DNA from: Octopus vulgaris | Taxonomy: Eukaryota | Length of the DNA: 64,000 nt | Direction: 5' to 3' | NCBI GenBank assembly: GCA_951406725.2 | Contig: OX597819.1 | Location: forward strand, 3,534,001-3,598,000 | In this document: positions 37,530-48,850 of the stretch, piece after piece | Layout of the letters: every line of letters starts with the position of its first letter | How positions within the stretch are numbered: the stretch's first letter is position 1 | Made by a program: the position numbers and the translations under genes | Notes under the pieces: generated by a model | What the model was told of the DNA's origin: nothing | Databases searched by the model: none | The model's input: the letters and a program-made list of their open reading frames with translations, nothing else

Positions 37530-37899
37530 TACATATAAATGCATATATGTATACATTCATACACACGTGCATGCGTACATGCATACATACATACGTACAT
37601 ATATATACATATACTTAATCAACACTGGCCCTTAGTTCCTTTCGTGGAGTTCACTCCGTTGCAAGCAGTAGTATAAGGCCTTTGTTCTGAGAATAATCGA
37701 TTCCCTTCCTTCCAACAATTTCAGTCTCTGGAAAGTATCAATAGAGCTACTCCTTCTCCAATCAACAATTTTAAAAAAAATTAAAATTTTAAATAGCTCA
37801 CAGCAGTAGTCTTTAATATAATTCAGAAAAGGAATACAGTTAAGATTCTGTAAACTAAAGTTATTTAAATATTATTAGGTCTTATTCATTGAACCATAT

Positions 37900-38320
37900 G
37901 CATTTGAATTATGACATATTCAGCGGAGCAGAAGAGGTATCCATAATTTTGACATACCCTTCTAGACTAGTGGGATCGAAACAGTTGATGTTTATACTAA
38001 ACATCTGTAAGTCAATATCTGTAGAGAAAATGTAGGCTAGGAGACACTTGTAGAATGGAGCGGTACTGGAAATAATTAAGAAAAACGAGTTGAGATACAG
38101 AATGTCGAGGCTAAATATTACAGATATTTCTAGGTGGACAGACTATGGAACTAGATATCTAGGAAGCACAGAGATGTAAAAACAATCAGTTGAAGCGTGA
38201 AGGAGGGCAACATGTCTTTGAGTTAGTGATTATAGCTAATGTGGGAGCAAATGTTTCAAATTAACAGAATGGCCGTGATTCGGATACAAAGTAGGGCCTC
38301 ATGTGTGCAATCGCAAATAT
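37900..38320 (+). mobile_element. Decayed RTE-type LINE 3' end
   Basis: IIKKNELRYRMSR...SRWT...W.QMFQINR loosely follows the RTE C-terminal KLRWAGH...RWT...W..A.DR pattern. Confidence 0.3.
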
Positions 38321-38934
38321 GCGAGCAATACTGCACAGGAAGTCTTTCGTCTGTTTGTACAGAATGTATCTCAGCAAGACTGAATATTTTTCCGGCCCAG
38401 GTTGTAATGATAGATTATCAGACTTTAAAAAGGCCGTTTATAACTACAATTCGATTTTCCTTGTTCTATAAAGTATCTCCTCAGTACTTCTTTGCAAAAT
38501 AATGTCAGTCTACCGTTATAAGACGCTAAAGTATTAGAATAGTTGGTTTTCAGAACTAATTTCTTTGTAATACTTATTTTGTCTAATATGTCTAATTTCT
38601 GTCGAACATATTAAAATTATTGTTCCTGTGTTTCAGAGTATAAAAATAGTCAAATGTTTAGTCAAAGTAGCTCGGAGCGAAGCTTCTTAGTGGTATTATT
38701 CCAATGATTTACTTGTAACAAATCTAATCTTTATAAATGCCATTCAAATTTTCATGTGATTGGCACTCGAAAGAATTTTATACAACTTTAAATTACTCCA
38801 AGGAAATGCCTTTTATTATAGATTCAGAAGAGTAAAAAAAAAACAAGTTAATTTAGAATCGTTTCGGGTATACAGGGGTTGAATTTGAGTGTTTGAGTTA
38901 AGTTTTATAATGTATCTTTTTCAAAATTGCTAAC

Positions 38935-39209
38935 CAAAATTAGTTGTAATCAGTACATAATCTTTGGCTGACAATATTCCATCTTCTTTTTGATATTGAA
39001 TAAAAAACTAATTAGCTACAAGTTTGCTTTGAAGCAAATCGGTGCTTTGCAGATGATAATGTAATAATGAAGCAAAATAGAAATTCCGAGGAAATGGAGC
39101 TGAATTTCGCCAGCAGAAATAGAATACACAACAGAGTGCATTTTCTCCACACTTAGAAGTAAAAGTTTAAAATCTGGTAGGTTCTTTTGAAGTACACATT
39201 TATGTTCTG
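38935..39209 (-). pseudogene. Possible decayed third saposin-like exon
   Basis: Acceptor tttcaaatgttttatgcag, then fragments KCTLLC...ICKAP/FASKQTC..FFIQY...ILSAKD spread over different frames with stops. Needs several frameshifts to align. Confidence 0.15.
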
Positions 39210-39800
39210 CATAAAACATTTGAAAATGTTACAGAATTTCAGTCCATATAAACATTGTGGAAAATTATATAAACACTGTTTGCATGCAATACAACCTAGC
39301 GTTATTTTGTGCGTTTACGAATATGAAACTAGAATTCAAAATGATTTTCAGTAGCACAGATTTAAAATCAAACATAATTTAATTTATCGCATGGCTTTTA
39401 ATGAAAGACACGTAATGTGAAGTTGAAATTAACAAATGTGTTAAATTAGCTCTTGATTATGTACTTCAATATAATTTGTTAAAGCTCACTCGGGTTCAGT
39501 GACTCTGTATAATGCGTGACGTATCTAATTTGTTTAAAACGAAGGAAGGACATTTTAGGAGTTTGTAATCACAGAGTATTATACATAAAATTCAAATTGT
39601 GAATATAGAGGTCAGAATCTTATTCGTGTTAAGCTTGTGTAGTTTTCATTATTGCTCTTTTAAATGGCAGCGTAGCGCAAAAATAAAATTTCTCGGTAAA
39701 TAAAAATGCCAGTTGATTTTTTTCACGGTTAAATTATTCATATTCATTTATATTATTTAGATTACTAAATACCTACGACACAACTTCCTCTTCTCATTTC

Positions 39801-39847
<47 letters not shown>

Positions 39848-40955
39848 TCTTGTATCAGCAAAAGTACGCGATATTTATTCATGCCTCATGTGTGATAACT
39901 ACAGTTCATTCTTGACCGCTGAGTTTGAGTGCCGTGGTAAGCATATAACTCAGCATTACATTGTAACTAAATGACCATGCTTTAATATGTAGCAGTATTA
40001 AGACGGTGAGCTGGCAAAATCGTAAGCAAACCGGGCACAGTGCTTAGCAGCATTTCGTCCGTCTTCAAGTTTTTAGTTCAAATTCCGCCGAGGTCGACTT
40101 CACCTCGATAAAATAAGTACCAGTTGAGTACTGGGGTCGATGTAAATCTCCCTGAGACATATTCTCTCCATCGAAACTTCTGGTCTTGTGCCAAAATTTG
40201 AAACCAGTATGTAGCAGCATTCTCCAGTTTATCCCGGTGACTGCATTTCGTATGAATAAAGTGAAAAACATGAGATATAAAATGATGATTATTCAGTGGA
40301 AACGCAAAATATGCAAACTTTACGGGAACATTACTGTTTCGAATTTTCGCGACACCAAATTTTTAATATACATATGATATTTGCTTCATGCAAAAATGTG
40401 TATTTTTACCTTCCAAAGGAAAGTAGCAATGTAACCAAAGTAAAGATGGTTTCAGTTTGGAATCAACATGCACACAGCCCTCACGTTGATCCCAACACCT
40501 TGTAAATACAAGTAGTATCCACATTTTTAGATGCAGTGTAATTTGCTTCTTGCAGTCTACGAACTGTTCATAGTCACTTTATTCCAGGTATTTAATGCGT
40601 ATCAATCACGGTAAAAAAACTTTATGTCCAACTAGTGACACAGTCATCTTCATTATGCAGCATTGGATGTAGGTATTAATATGTGGCACAATTTCAAAGA
40701 ATTGACTCCTACAATTAGCGAGATGAGTTACTTTAAAATATGACGGAGTGGAATTGTCCTATACTTGCAGAAATCCCGCCTTTCGGGTGATTCTAACGCC
40801 TTTCGGGTGGTCTTAAAATGCAAGGTAAGTAAATAAGTAAGTAAGTAAGTAAGTAAGTATGCATGCATGCATGTATGCATGTATGCATGCATGCATGCAT
40901 GCATGCATGTATGTATGTATGTATGTATGTATGTATGTATGTATGTATGTACATG

Positions 40956-41242
<287 letters not shown>

Positions 41243-41332
41243 ATATACAATTAAATATACAAATATGTATATGACTCATAGTAATCAGAGGTATGTATTT
41301 GACAAATAAGGACATATTAATTTCCATACAGT

Positions 41333-41625
41333 GGAAGCGCAATGGCCCAGTGGTTAGGGCAGCGGACTCGCGGTCCGGAGGATCGCGGTTTCGATTTCCA
41401 GACCGGGCGTTGTGTGTGTTTATTGAGCGAAAACACCTAAAGCTCTGCGAGGCTCCGGCAGGGGGTACTCTTTCGCCCCAACTTTCTCTCACTCTTTCTT
41501 CCTGTTTCTTGAGTAACGCTGCGATGGAATGGCGTCCCGTCCAGCTGGGGGGGACACATACGCAATAGAAACCGGGAAAACGGGGCACATGAGCCAGGCT
41601 AGGCTTGAATAGGGCGCATAAAAAA
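41333..41625 (+). mobile_element. SINE family D (tRNA head; ctgcgatggaatggcgtcccgtccag body)
   Basis: A box tggcccagtgg, B box ggtttcgatttcc, A-rich tail. Confidence 0.8.
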
Positions 41626-41830
41626 TTTTAAAAATTCCATACAAGACAAAAGGTATGCTAAAACAATGTCCGTTTCCAGAAAGGATAGGACAATCACTTG
41701 GAAGCAAATGAGAAAGAGAGACAATCTTACAATCTCGGGACATATTTCATTTATGCAAATTACCTAAGCTATGAAATGTGTTCTGACTGGATTTTGTTTA
41801 CATGTGTAAAGGTATAGTTTTGCTTGTAGG

Positions 41831-42063
41831 AAGTTGACGAGCTGGTAGAAACGTTAGCGCGCCGGGCGAAATGCTTAGCGGTATTTCATCTGCCGTTACG
41901 TTCTGAGTTCAAATACCGCCGAGGTCGACTTTGCCTTTCATCCTCTCGGAGTCGCTTAAATAAGAACCAGTTACGCACTGGGGTCGATATAATCGACTTA
42001 ATCCGTTTGTCTGTCCTTGTTTGTCCTCTCTGTGTTTAGCCCCTTGAGGGTAGTAAAGAAATA
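41831..42063 (+). mobile_element. Young SINE family B monomer with long TSD
   Basis: Flanked by the direct repeat ggtatagttttgcttgtagg at 41811-41830 and 42064-42083. Confidence 0.92.
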
Positions 42064-42479
42064 GGTATAGTTTTGCTTGTAGGGAATCTGCTGTGCTGAT
42101 GATGCTTATATAAGAAGAAATATATACCACTGCCTCTTGTCATCAGAAATTCAGATTATCTTTTCCATAGTGGTATGTCAATTTTGGAGAAATCCTGATT
42201 CTTTCGTGTGATTCCTCTTTACTTGTACAACTAAGCAATAGTTCTATCTTCTCTGGTAGCGGAGTTAGTTACAATATATCAAGAATCTTTTTTATACAGT
42301 ACTTAGTATATCCTCATTCATTTTCCTTGCGTATACAAACACACACACACACACACACAAGGCCACATTATTTTCAGCTCGCTCACACATACATACTGAT
42401 GCATTCGCCCCCATTCACACATACACACTCACACGCACAATTCTCACATACACACACGCTCCTACGCACCTCAGTTTGT

Positions 42480-42756
42480 CCGGGTACCCCTTATTATCTC
42501 CCTTTCATTTAGCCCCTTTCTTCCGAGCATTTCATTATGCTGAACCGTTAATCACACACTTTTTTCTCTTGTTTTTTTTTAAATATTTTAAAATTTATTA
42601 TTTCATTCTCCCTCTCTGTTCTTTTCCTCTTAATCCTTTCTGTCGAAGAGCGTAGGCTCGAAACGTCAAAGACTTTTCAATTCTTCTCGAGCGCTAAACT
42701 AATGCACCTGTCTTTGTTCCTTCGCCTGTCGCCGTCTTCTGTTTTCCATAAATTTG

Positions 42757-42760
<4 letters not shown>
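42480..42760 (+). mobile_element. Penelope-type LTR-like repeat ending in (TA)n
   Basis: Homologous to 19841-19990. Carries a minimal hammerhead-like motif. Confidence 0.6.
42636..42671 (+). ncRNA. Minimal hammerhead-like motif with variant core
   Basis: CUUU CUGUCGA A GAGC-guag-GCUC GAAAC GUC AAAG. A6 is replaced by U. Confidence 0.55.
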
Positions 42761-42790
<30 letters not shown>

Positions 42791-42792
<2 letters not shown>

Positions 42793-43009
42793 TCTTTTAC
42801 TCTTTTAATTGTTTCAGTCATTTGACTGCGGCCATGCTGGAGCACCGCCTTTAGTCGAGCAAATCGACCCCGGGACTTATTCTTTGTAAGCCCAGTACTT
42901 ATTCTATCGGTCTCTTTTGCCGAACCGCTAAGTGACGGGGACGTAAATACACCAGCATCGCTTGTCAAGCAATGCTAGGTGACAAACACAGACACACAAA
43001 CACACATAC

Positions 43010-43059
<50 letters not shown>

Positions 43060-43221
43060 GACAGGCTTCTTTCAGTTTCCGTCTACCAAATCCACTCACA
43101 AAGCATTGGGCATTGGTCGGCCCGGGGCTATAGCAGAAGGCACTTGCCCAAGTTGCTACGCAGTGGGACTGAACCCGGAACCATGTGGTTGGTTAGCAAG
43201 CTACTTACCACACAGCCACTC

Positions 43222-43224
<3 letters not shown>
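42791..43224 (-). mobile_element. SINE family A, young copy in (TA)n
   Basis: Near-identical to the copies at 3378-3800 and 6176-6584. Confidence 0.92.
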
Positions 43225-43290
<66 letters not shown>

Positions 43291-43291
<1 letters not shown>

Positions 43292-43893
43292 GGCATCTCA
43301 TCAAAAAGTATAGGGACTGTTGATGGTAACAGAGCCAAAGTACGTAAAGTACACAGACCGAAACCTCTTGGCATAGCTTAAACTTGAACTCTGTTGTGCA
43401 TGCGCACTATGTTCTACCTTCTCACTCATTTCCGTTGTTTGAAGCAATGCTTAGAAGTAAAACATCTCGAGTGTGGTGGTCTCATCACACCACAGAAGTT
43501 TCAGCAGTGACCAAGGCTGAGGAAATGAGTGCGTGCGCGCGTGTGTGTGTGTGTGAGTGTGTGTGTGTCTGTGTGTGTGTGTGCGTGTGATTGTGTGAGT
43601 GCGCTTGAGCGTGGAAGAAGACAATTGTTTGAAGGTTATTGCAGCTAAAATCATTTCCAAAAATCAAATCTCACTTGAAAAGGAAAATGTTTGAAGCCGT
43701 TGAGGGAATCCAAGAGAATACAACGAAGCAGCTGGTGACCATCACCAAAAAATGAGCTCCAGAAATACTTGTGTCAATGAAAACGACGCTGAATAAAGTG
43801 TATAGCTTCAGAAAGGGACTGATTCGAAGGGTTTAAATGTGGTGTAGTTTTCTTTTTTCATCAACAATCCTGAGTCTTTTTGATTGGGCCTCG
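43291..43893 (+). mobile_element. Internally deleted mariner element
   Basis: TA-flanked imperfect TIRs (cggcatctcatcaaaaag / ctttttgattgggcctcg). C-terminal remnant FPKIKSHLKRKMFEAVEGIQENTTKQL. The 5' part is shared with 62080-62560. Confidence 0.8.
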
Positions 43894-43983
43894 TACACGA
43901 AGATACATACAAATACATGCGCATATCTCTGTGTGTGTGTGTGTTTGTGTGTGTGCGTGTGCGTGCGTGCACGCGTGTGCATG

Positions 43984-44015
<32 letters not shown>

Positions 44016-44048
44016 CACACAAATATATGCGTGTTTGTGTTTTGTGTG

Positions 44049-44091
<43 letters not shown>

Positions 44092-45269
44092 AGAGTTATA
44101 TATATGTCGAAATCGGCAAATAACAGCGCCTTTGGCTACATACTTTCATAGTATCAGTCATTAAATCACTACATTTCTGCCAGTAGTAGGACCCGTATTA
44201 GTCAACTGGAGATAATCATCATTCGGTTTAGAAGCTCTATTTCCTTGTCGATGTTTTACATCTTTCATTGATATATATCGGTGAAAGATATGCACACATA
44301 CGAATATACGACGAGTTTCTGCTAAGATTTTGTTTACTAATTTCTGTGAATGCGAGGCATGATTCAGGCACTTTTTCACTTGTGTTTCAATCTTGTATGG
44401 TTTAACTTACTTTGTCCATAGTGGAGGGACGAAAAGCTAAGTATCACCTAAAATGTTGGCGTCGAATTTTACTGACTACAATCTTCCCTAAAGTTTTGAC
44501 TTTGTTCTAAAATGAAAAATAATTATTAAAATCAACATACTTAGCTATAAGAAAGAATGTATTCTGATTCTAGTCAGTGTTATTGTTATCATTTTAACTT
44601 ATTTGCTCATTATTTTCCAACACTCAGTGGCCATCCATATCTATTAAGGATATGTGAATATATCTACAGTCACGCCAAAAGCTTTTAAGTCAACAATAAT
44701 AGTCGACAGAAAGTTTTCGGAGTATGAGGCCAATCTAATGACCATAATAATTTTCTTACGGGTAATTATCTTCCCATTACTTTCACCATAAGAATATCTT
44801 GGATCTAAACCTAATGTAAACATAGCCTGCTTTATTTGAAAAGAAATATTTGGAATGTACGTACTAATAAGCAGCGAAATGAAAACAAGAAAGACGTGGA
44901 AACCTTTCTAGAATAAATATGCCCAAAGTTTATCGGAAAAGATGTCACACACTTTTGATAAATACTGGTAACGAATCAAGGAATATGTTTTGTTTGAAGC
45001 TAGAAATAAAGACAACTCTTAAAATTTAAATATGTTTACACACAAAATGAATTAGGCGTGTTACTGCCGAGTTACTTTTAGGCAAACTTTATAAGTCCGA
45101 AGTTAATGAATTCTTTGACCCGTTTTAACAACGTAAGCAAATTTACTAAGTAAACCATAGACGTCACAATATCCATTTCATTGTTTGCAATACTATAATG
45201 TTTACATGACGCAAAAATAAAATCCCAACAACTTTATGATGATATCAGATACGGCAATAAAGGATTATT

Positions 45270-45428
<159 letters not shown>

Positions 45429-45649
45429 CGTTGAGAAAAGGCAGTGAGCTGGTAGAATCGCTTCCACGCCGAGTAAAACGCTTAGCAGTATTTTGCCCGT
45501 TTTTACGTTCTGAACTCAAATTCCGACGATGTCGACTTAGCCTTTTATCCTTCGAAGTCGATAAAACTAGTACCAGTTGGACACTGGGATCGATGTAATC
45601 GACTCATCCCCTCCCCCCAAATGGCTGCCCTTGTGGCAAAATTTGAGAC

Positions 45650-45684
<35 letters not shown>

Positions 45685-46076
45685 GTTTGTTGTGTCCACT
45701 CATTTATTTATTGTCCTAAAATTTTCGTTGCGTCTTGCAACCTTTTCAATAGTCGTTGACTCTGTCCGTTATCCGAGCAGCGTTTTTTTGTTTGTGCGCA
45801 TGTGTGTGGATCAGTGCGCGCGCGCATACACATGTATGTATGTATGTATGTATGTATGTATGTATGTATGTATGTATGTATGTATGTATGTATGTATGTA
45901 TATATATATGTATGTATATATGTATGTGTGCATGCATGTATGTGTATACATGTATGTATGTGTATGTGTGCGTATGTGCGTATGTATGAATGTATGTATG
46001 TGTGTATGTATATGTATGTATGTATGTGTGTAAGTTTGAATGTATGTATTCTGCATATTCATGTGTGTGTGTTTGC

Positions 46077-46113
<37 letters not shown>

Positions 46114-46380
46114 TTCTGTCTCCTTGTGTGTTCATGTCTGTGTGTGTGTGTGTATGGGATTTTTTGTATCTCTGTACTATGTCTGTATGTATAGATGTAT
46201 GGATGTGTGTCTCCATATGTGTCCTTGTGTAAAGTGAAATGTGTGTCTATATGGTCATGTATTTCCGTCTTCATTTGTGTATGTGTAAGTGTATGCATGC
46301 TTGTCTGTTCATATTACCTGTGTACCTATCCATCTGTATGTCTATCTGTTTACATTCATATCCATTTACCTACATACATG

Positions 46381-46420
<40 letters not shown>

Positions 46421-46421
<1 letters not shown>

Positions 46422-47711
46422 GAGGGGCGTTCAATAAGTAATGCCCCTGATCTACTTCCCATAGCAGTAGAGCAACGAAACTTGGCACAGATATAAGTCT
46501 TTTTCTACATAGCAGCCACCCAGAGTTACGCATTTCTCCCATTGTTTGATGCAGCTCTGGAGACCGTTTTTGTAGAAGACCCCAGCTTGGTCCTCCAACC
46601 TGAACGCGACTTCAGAAATCAAGGCTGCATCATCTGGGAAACGCTTTCCTTTCAAAAACAACTTCATGACTGGGAAGAGGTGAAAATCAGAGGGTGCAAG
46701 GTCAGGAAAGTAGGGGGGATGGGGAGGAGTTCATAGCCATACGCCTGTGCTTCTGATCTGGCGACAAGCGAGTTGTGGACCGGAGCGTTGTCCTGCAGGT
46801 GGAGGATGCCTTTGCTGATCTTGCCCCGCCTCTTGATTTTGATAACTTCTCTTAATTTCCTCAAAAGTGAAGCATAATAGGCTCCTGCAATTGTGGTACC
46901 CTTTGCCAGGAAACCTGTCATCACTACTCCGTCCTGGTCCCAGAAGACTGTGAGCATGACCTTGCCAGCGGAGGGCTGCACCCTTGCCTTCTTTGGAGGG
47001 GGTGAGTCACAGTGCTTCCACTGCATTTACTGGGCTTTGGTCTCTGGATCATCGTGATGGACCCAGGTTTCATCCTGTGTAATCAGTCTTTTGAAAAATT
47101 TTGACTCATCTTCTTGGCACATCTCCAAATTCACCCTCGAGCACTCGACGCGTTCTTGCTTCTGGAAAGGCGTGAGCAACCTGGGAATCCATCTGGCAGA
47201 CACCTTTTGCATATGCAAATGGTCATGAATGATAGTTTCCACAGACCCGGTACTAATCTTGACCTCATGGGCTATTTGGCGAATAGTTATGCGTCGATCT
47301 TCCAAAATGGCAGCCTCAACTTGACGGACAGATGCCTCATCAATGGCAGAAGGGGGCGACCAGATCTGGGAGCTTTTTCCACAGAGTTCCGATCATGTTT
47401 GAATTCACGATGCCAGCCTTTTTACAAGGTCATATGATGGGGCATCATCACCATAAGTTACTTTCATTTCATCAAAAGTCTCCCGTGGTGTGCGTCCTTT
47501 CAAATACAAAAACCGGATCACTGCTCGACACTCATCAGGCTCCATTTCACACTTGACTCGGTTCAAACACCTGTAAATCAGAAACCACAATTAATTCAGA
47601 GCTGTAATTTGCCACTTACTCTATAGAGATATAAATGATTGCACATGCAAAATTTCAGCTAGATCAAACAACTGCAAGTGGGTCAGAGGCATTACTTATT
47701 GAACGTCCCTC

Positions 47712-47712
<1 letters not shown>
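46421..47712 (-). mobile_element. Full-length (1292 bp) mariner transposon, irritans-like, transposase disrupted
   Basis: TIRs cgaggggcgttcaataagtaatgcc / ggcattacttattgaacgtccctcg within (TA)n. ORF from 47545: MEPDECRAVIRFL...ARWIPRLL...ITQDETW...LQDNAPVH...PDLAPSDFHLF...GCYVEK, with a stop and frameshifts. Confidence 0.96.
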
Positions 47713-47745
<33 letters not shown>

Positions 47746-47749
<4 letters not shown>

Positions 47750-48052
47750 CATAAGGGACTAAAGCCATCTGAATATGGCTAGGGACAGGCAGGGTGGTGG
47801 GGGTGTTACTGTTGCATTTAGCCCCAGGCGAACATCGACGTCACCAGAAAGGCTCGACACCGTCACGGTGCCCTTAACCTGCAAAGGGAGGTAATTCCCC
47901 GATGACCTCCCTTTGCAGGTTAAGGGCACCGTGACGGTGTCGAGCCTTTCTGGTGACGTCGATGTTCGCCTGGGGCTAAATGCAACAGTAACACCCCCAC
48001 CACCCTGCCCTGTCCCTAGCCATATTCAGATGGCTTTAGTCCCTTATGTTAT
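47746..48052. repeat. 307-bp near-perfect palindrome derived from a Penelope-type LTR family
   Basis: Arms 47746-47892 and 47905-48052 differ by one 1-nt indel; 12-nt spacer. Sequence related to 27385-27480. Confidence 0.95.
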
Positions 48053-48094
48053 CGAGCAGTTACTGTCTATATCCCTTTTAGAGAATTATTATTG

Positions 48095-48172
<78 letters not shown>

Positions 48173-48269
48173 GTATACATATATACATACAGACATACAG
48201 CTACATAACAGCTAACTAACTATTTTACCTGTATATAAATATAAACTGTGGGTATGGGGGTATGATTAC

Positions 48270-48850
48270 CTACTGCGTATATTTCCTATTTAGTACAGGG
48301 TATGTTTCATTTATGAGGACGTACTCCTGTATTTGTCTGAGGGTTGGGTCATTTGGGTGTTTGGATAAAATGCGGATGTCAAGTTGACCCAAGCTGCTGC
48401 CATCAGGTCCTTGGCATGTTGGTAGAGTATGGAAGACTGTCTTTTGTCGTCATATTGTCTCAAATGTTCATTTAGTCTTTCTACAGTGCTCCTAGATGTC
48501 TCCTCTATGTATGTCATGTTCTTGCCTTTGCAAGCACCTTCTATGCATCTCATGCTGTACACTACATTTCTAGTTCTACAGTTAATGCCAGGGCTAATCC
48601 TACATACCGTACATTTATCATTGGCGCATATGATATTCGCAAAAAGGGTACGTCCTACATAGTTGTGATCTGATGGAGTTCCCTGGCTTTTCAACAATCT
48701 TAATGTTGAGTTTGGTCCCCTTCAAAGCTTTCCTAACTCTACAGGCTAGTTCTCCATGGGCTGTAGCCTCTACAAACTTCACTCCTTGATATTTGTTGGT
48801 TTTATACCACGTGTTCACCCTGTTTGCTTTGTCACAAGCTCTTTGTATTC
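48270..48850 (-). mobile_element. Penelope-like GIY-YIG endonuclease fragment (Naiad-like); partial duplicate at 50438-50810
   Basis: KIVEKPG.SIRSQL...PF; C...C..C......C...NVVYSMRC....C....YIEETSRS..ERLNEH...S.LYQH; DPTLRQIQE..I....P.LNRK. Two frameshifts. Confidence 0.85.

Noticed and set aside
41800-42170. SINE-interrupted signal-like exon (WYIFLLI*ASSAQQ...TH|gtaaac)
   Set aside because: Two in-frame stops and no recognisable homology; unsupported.
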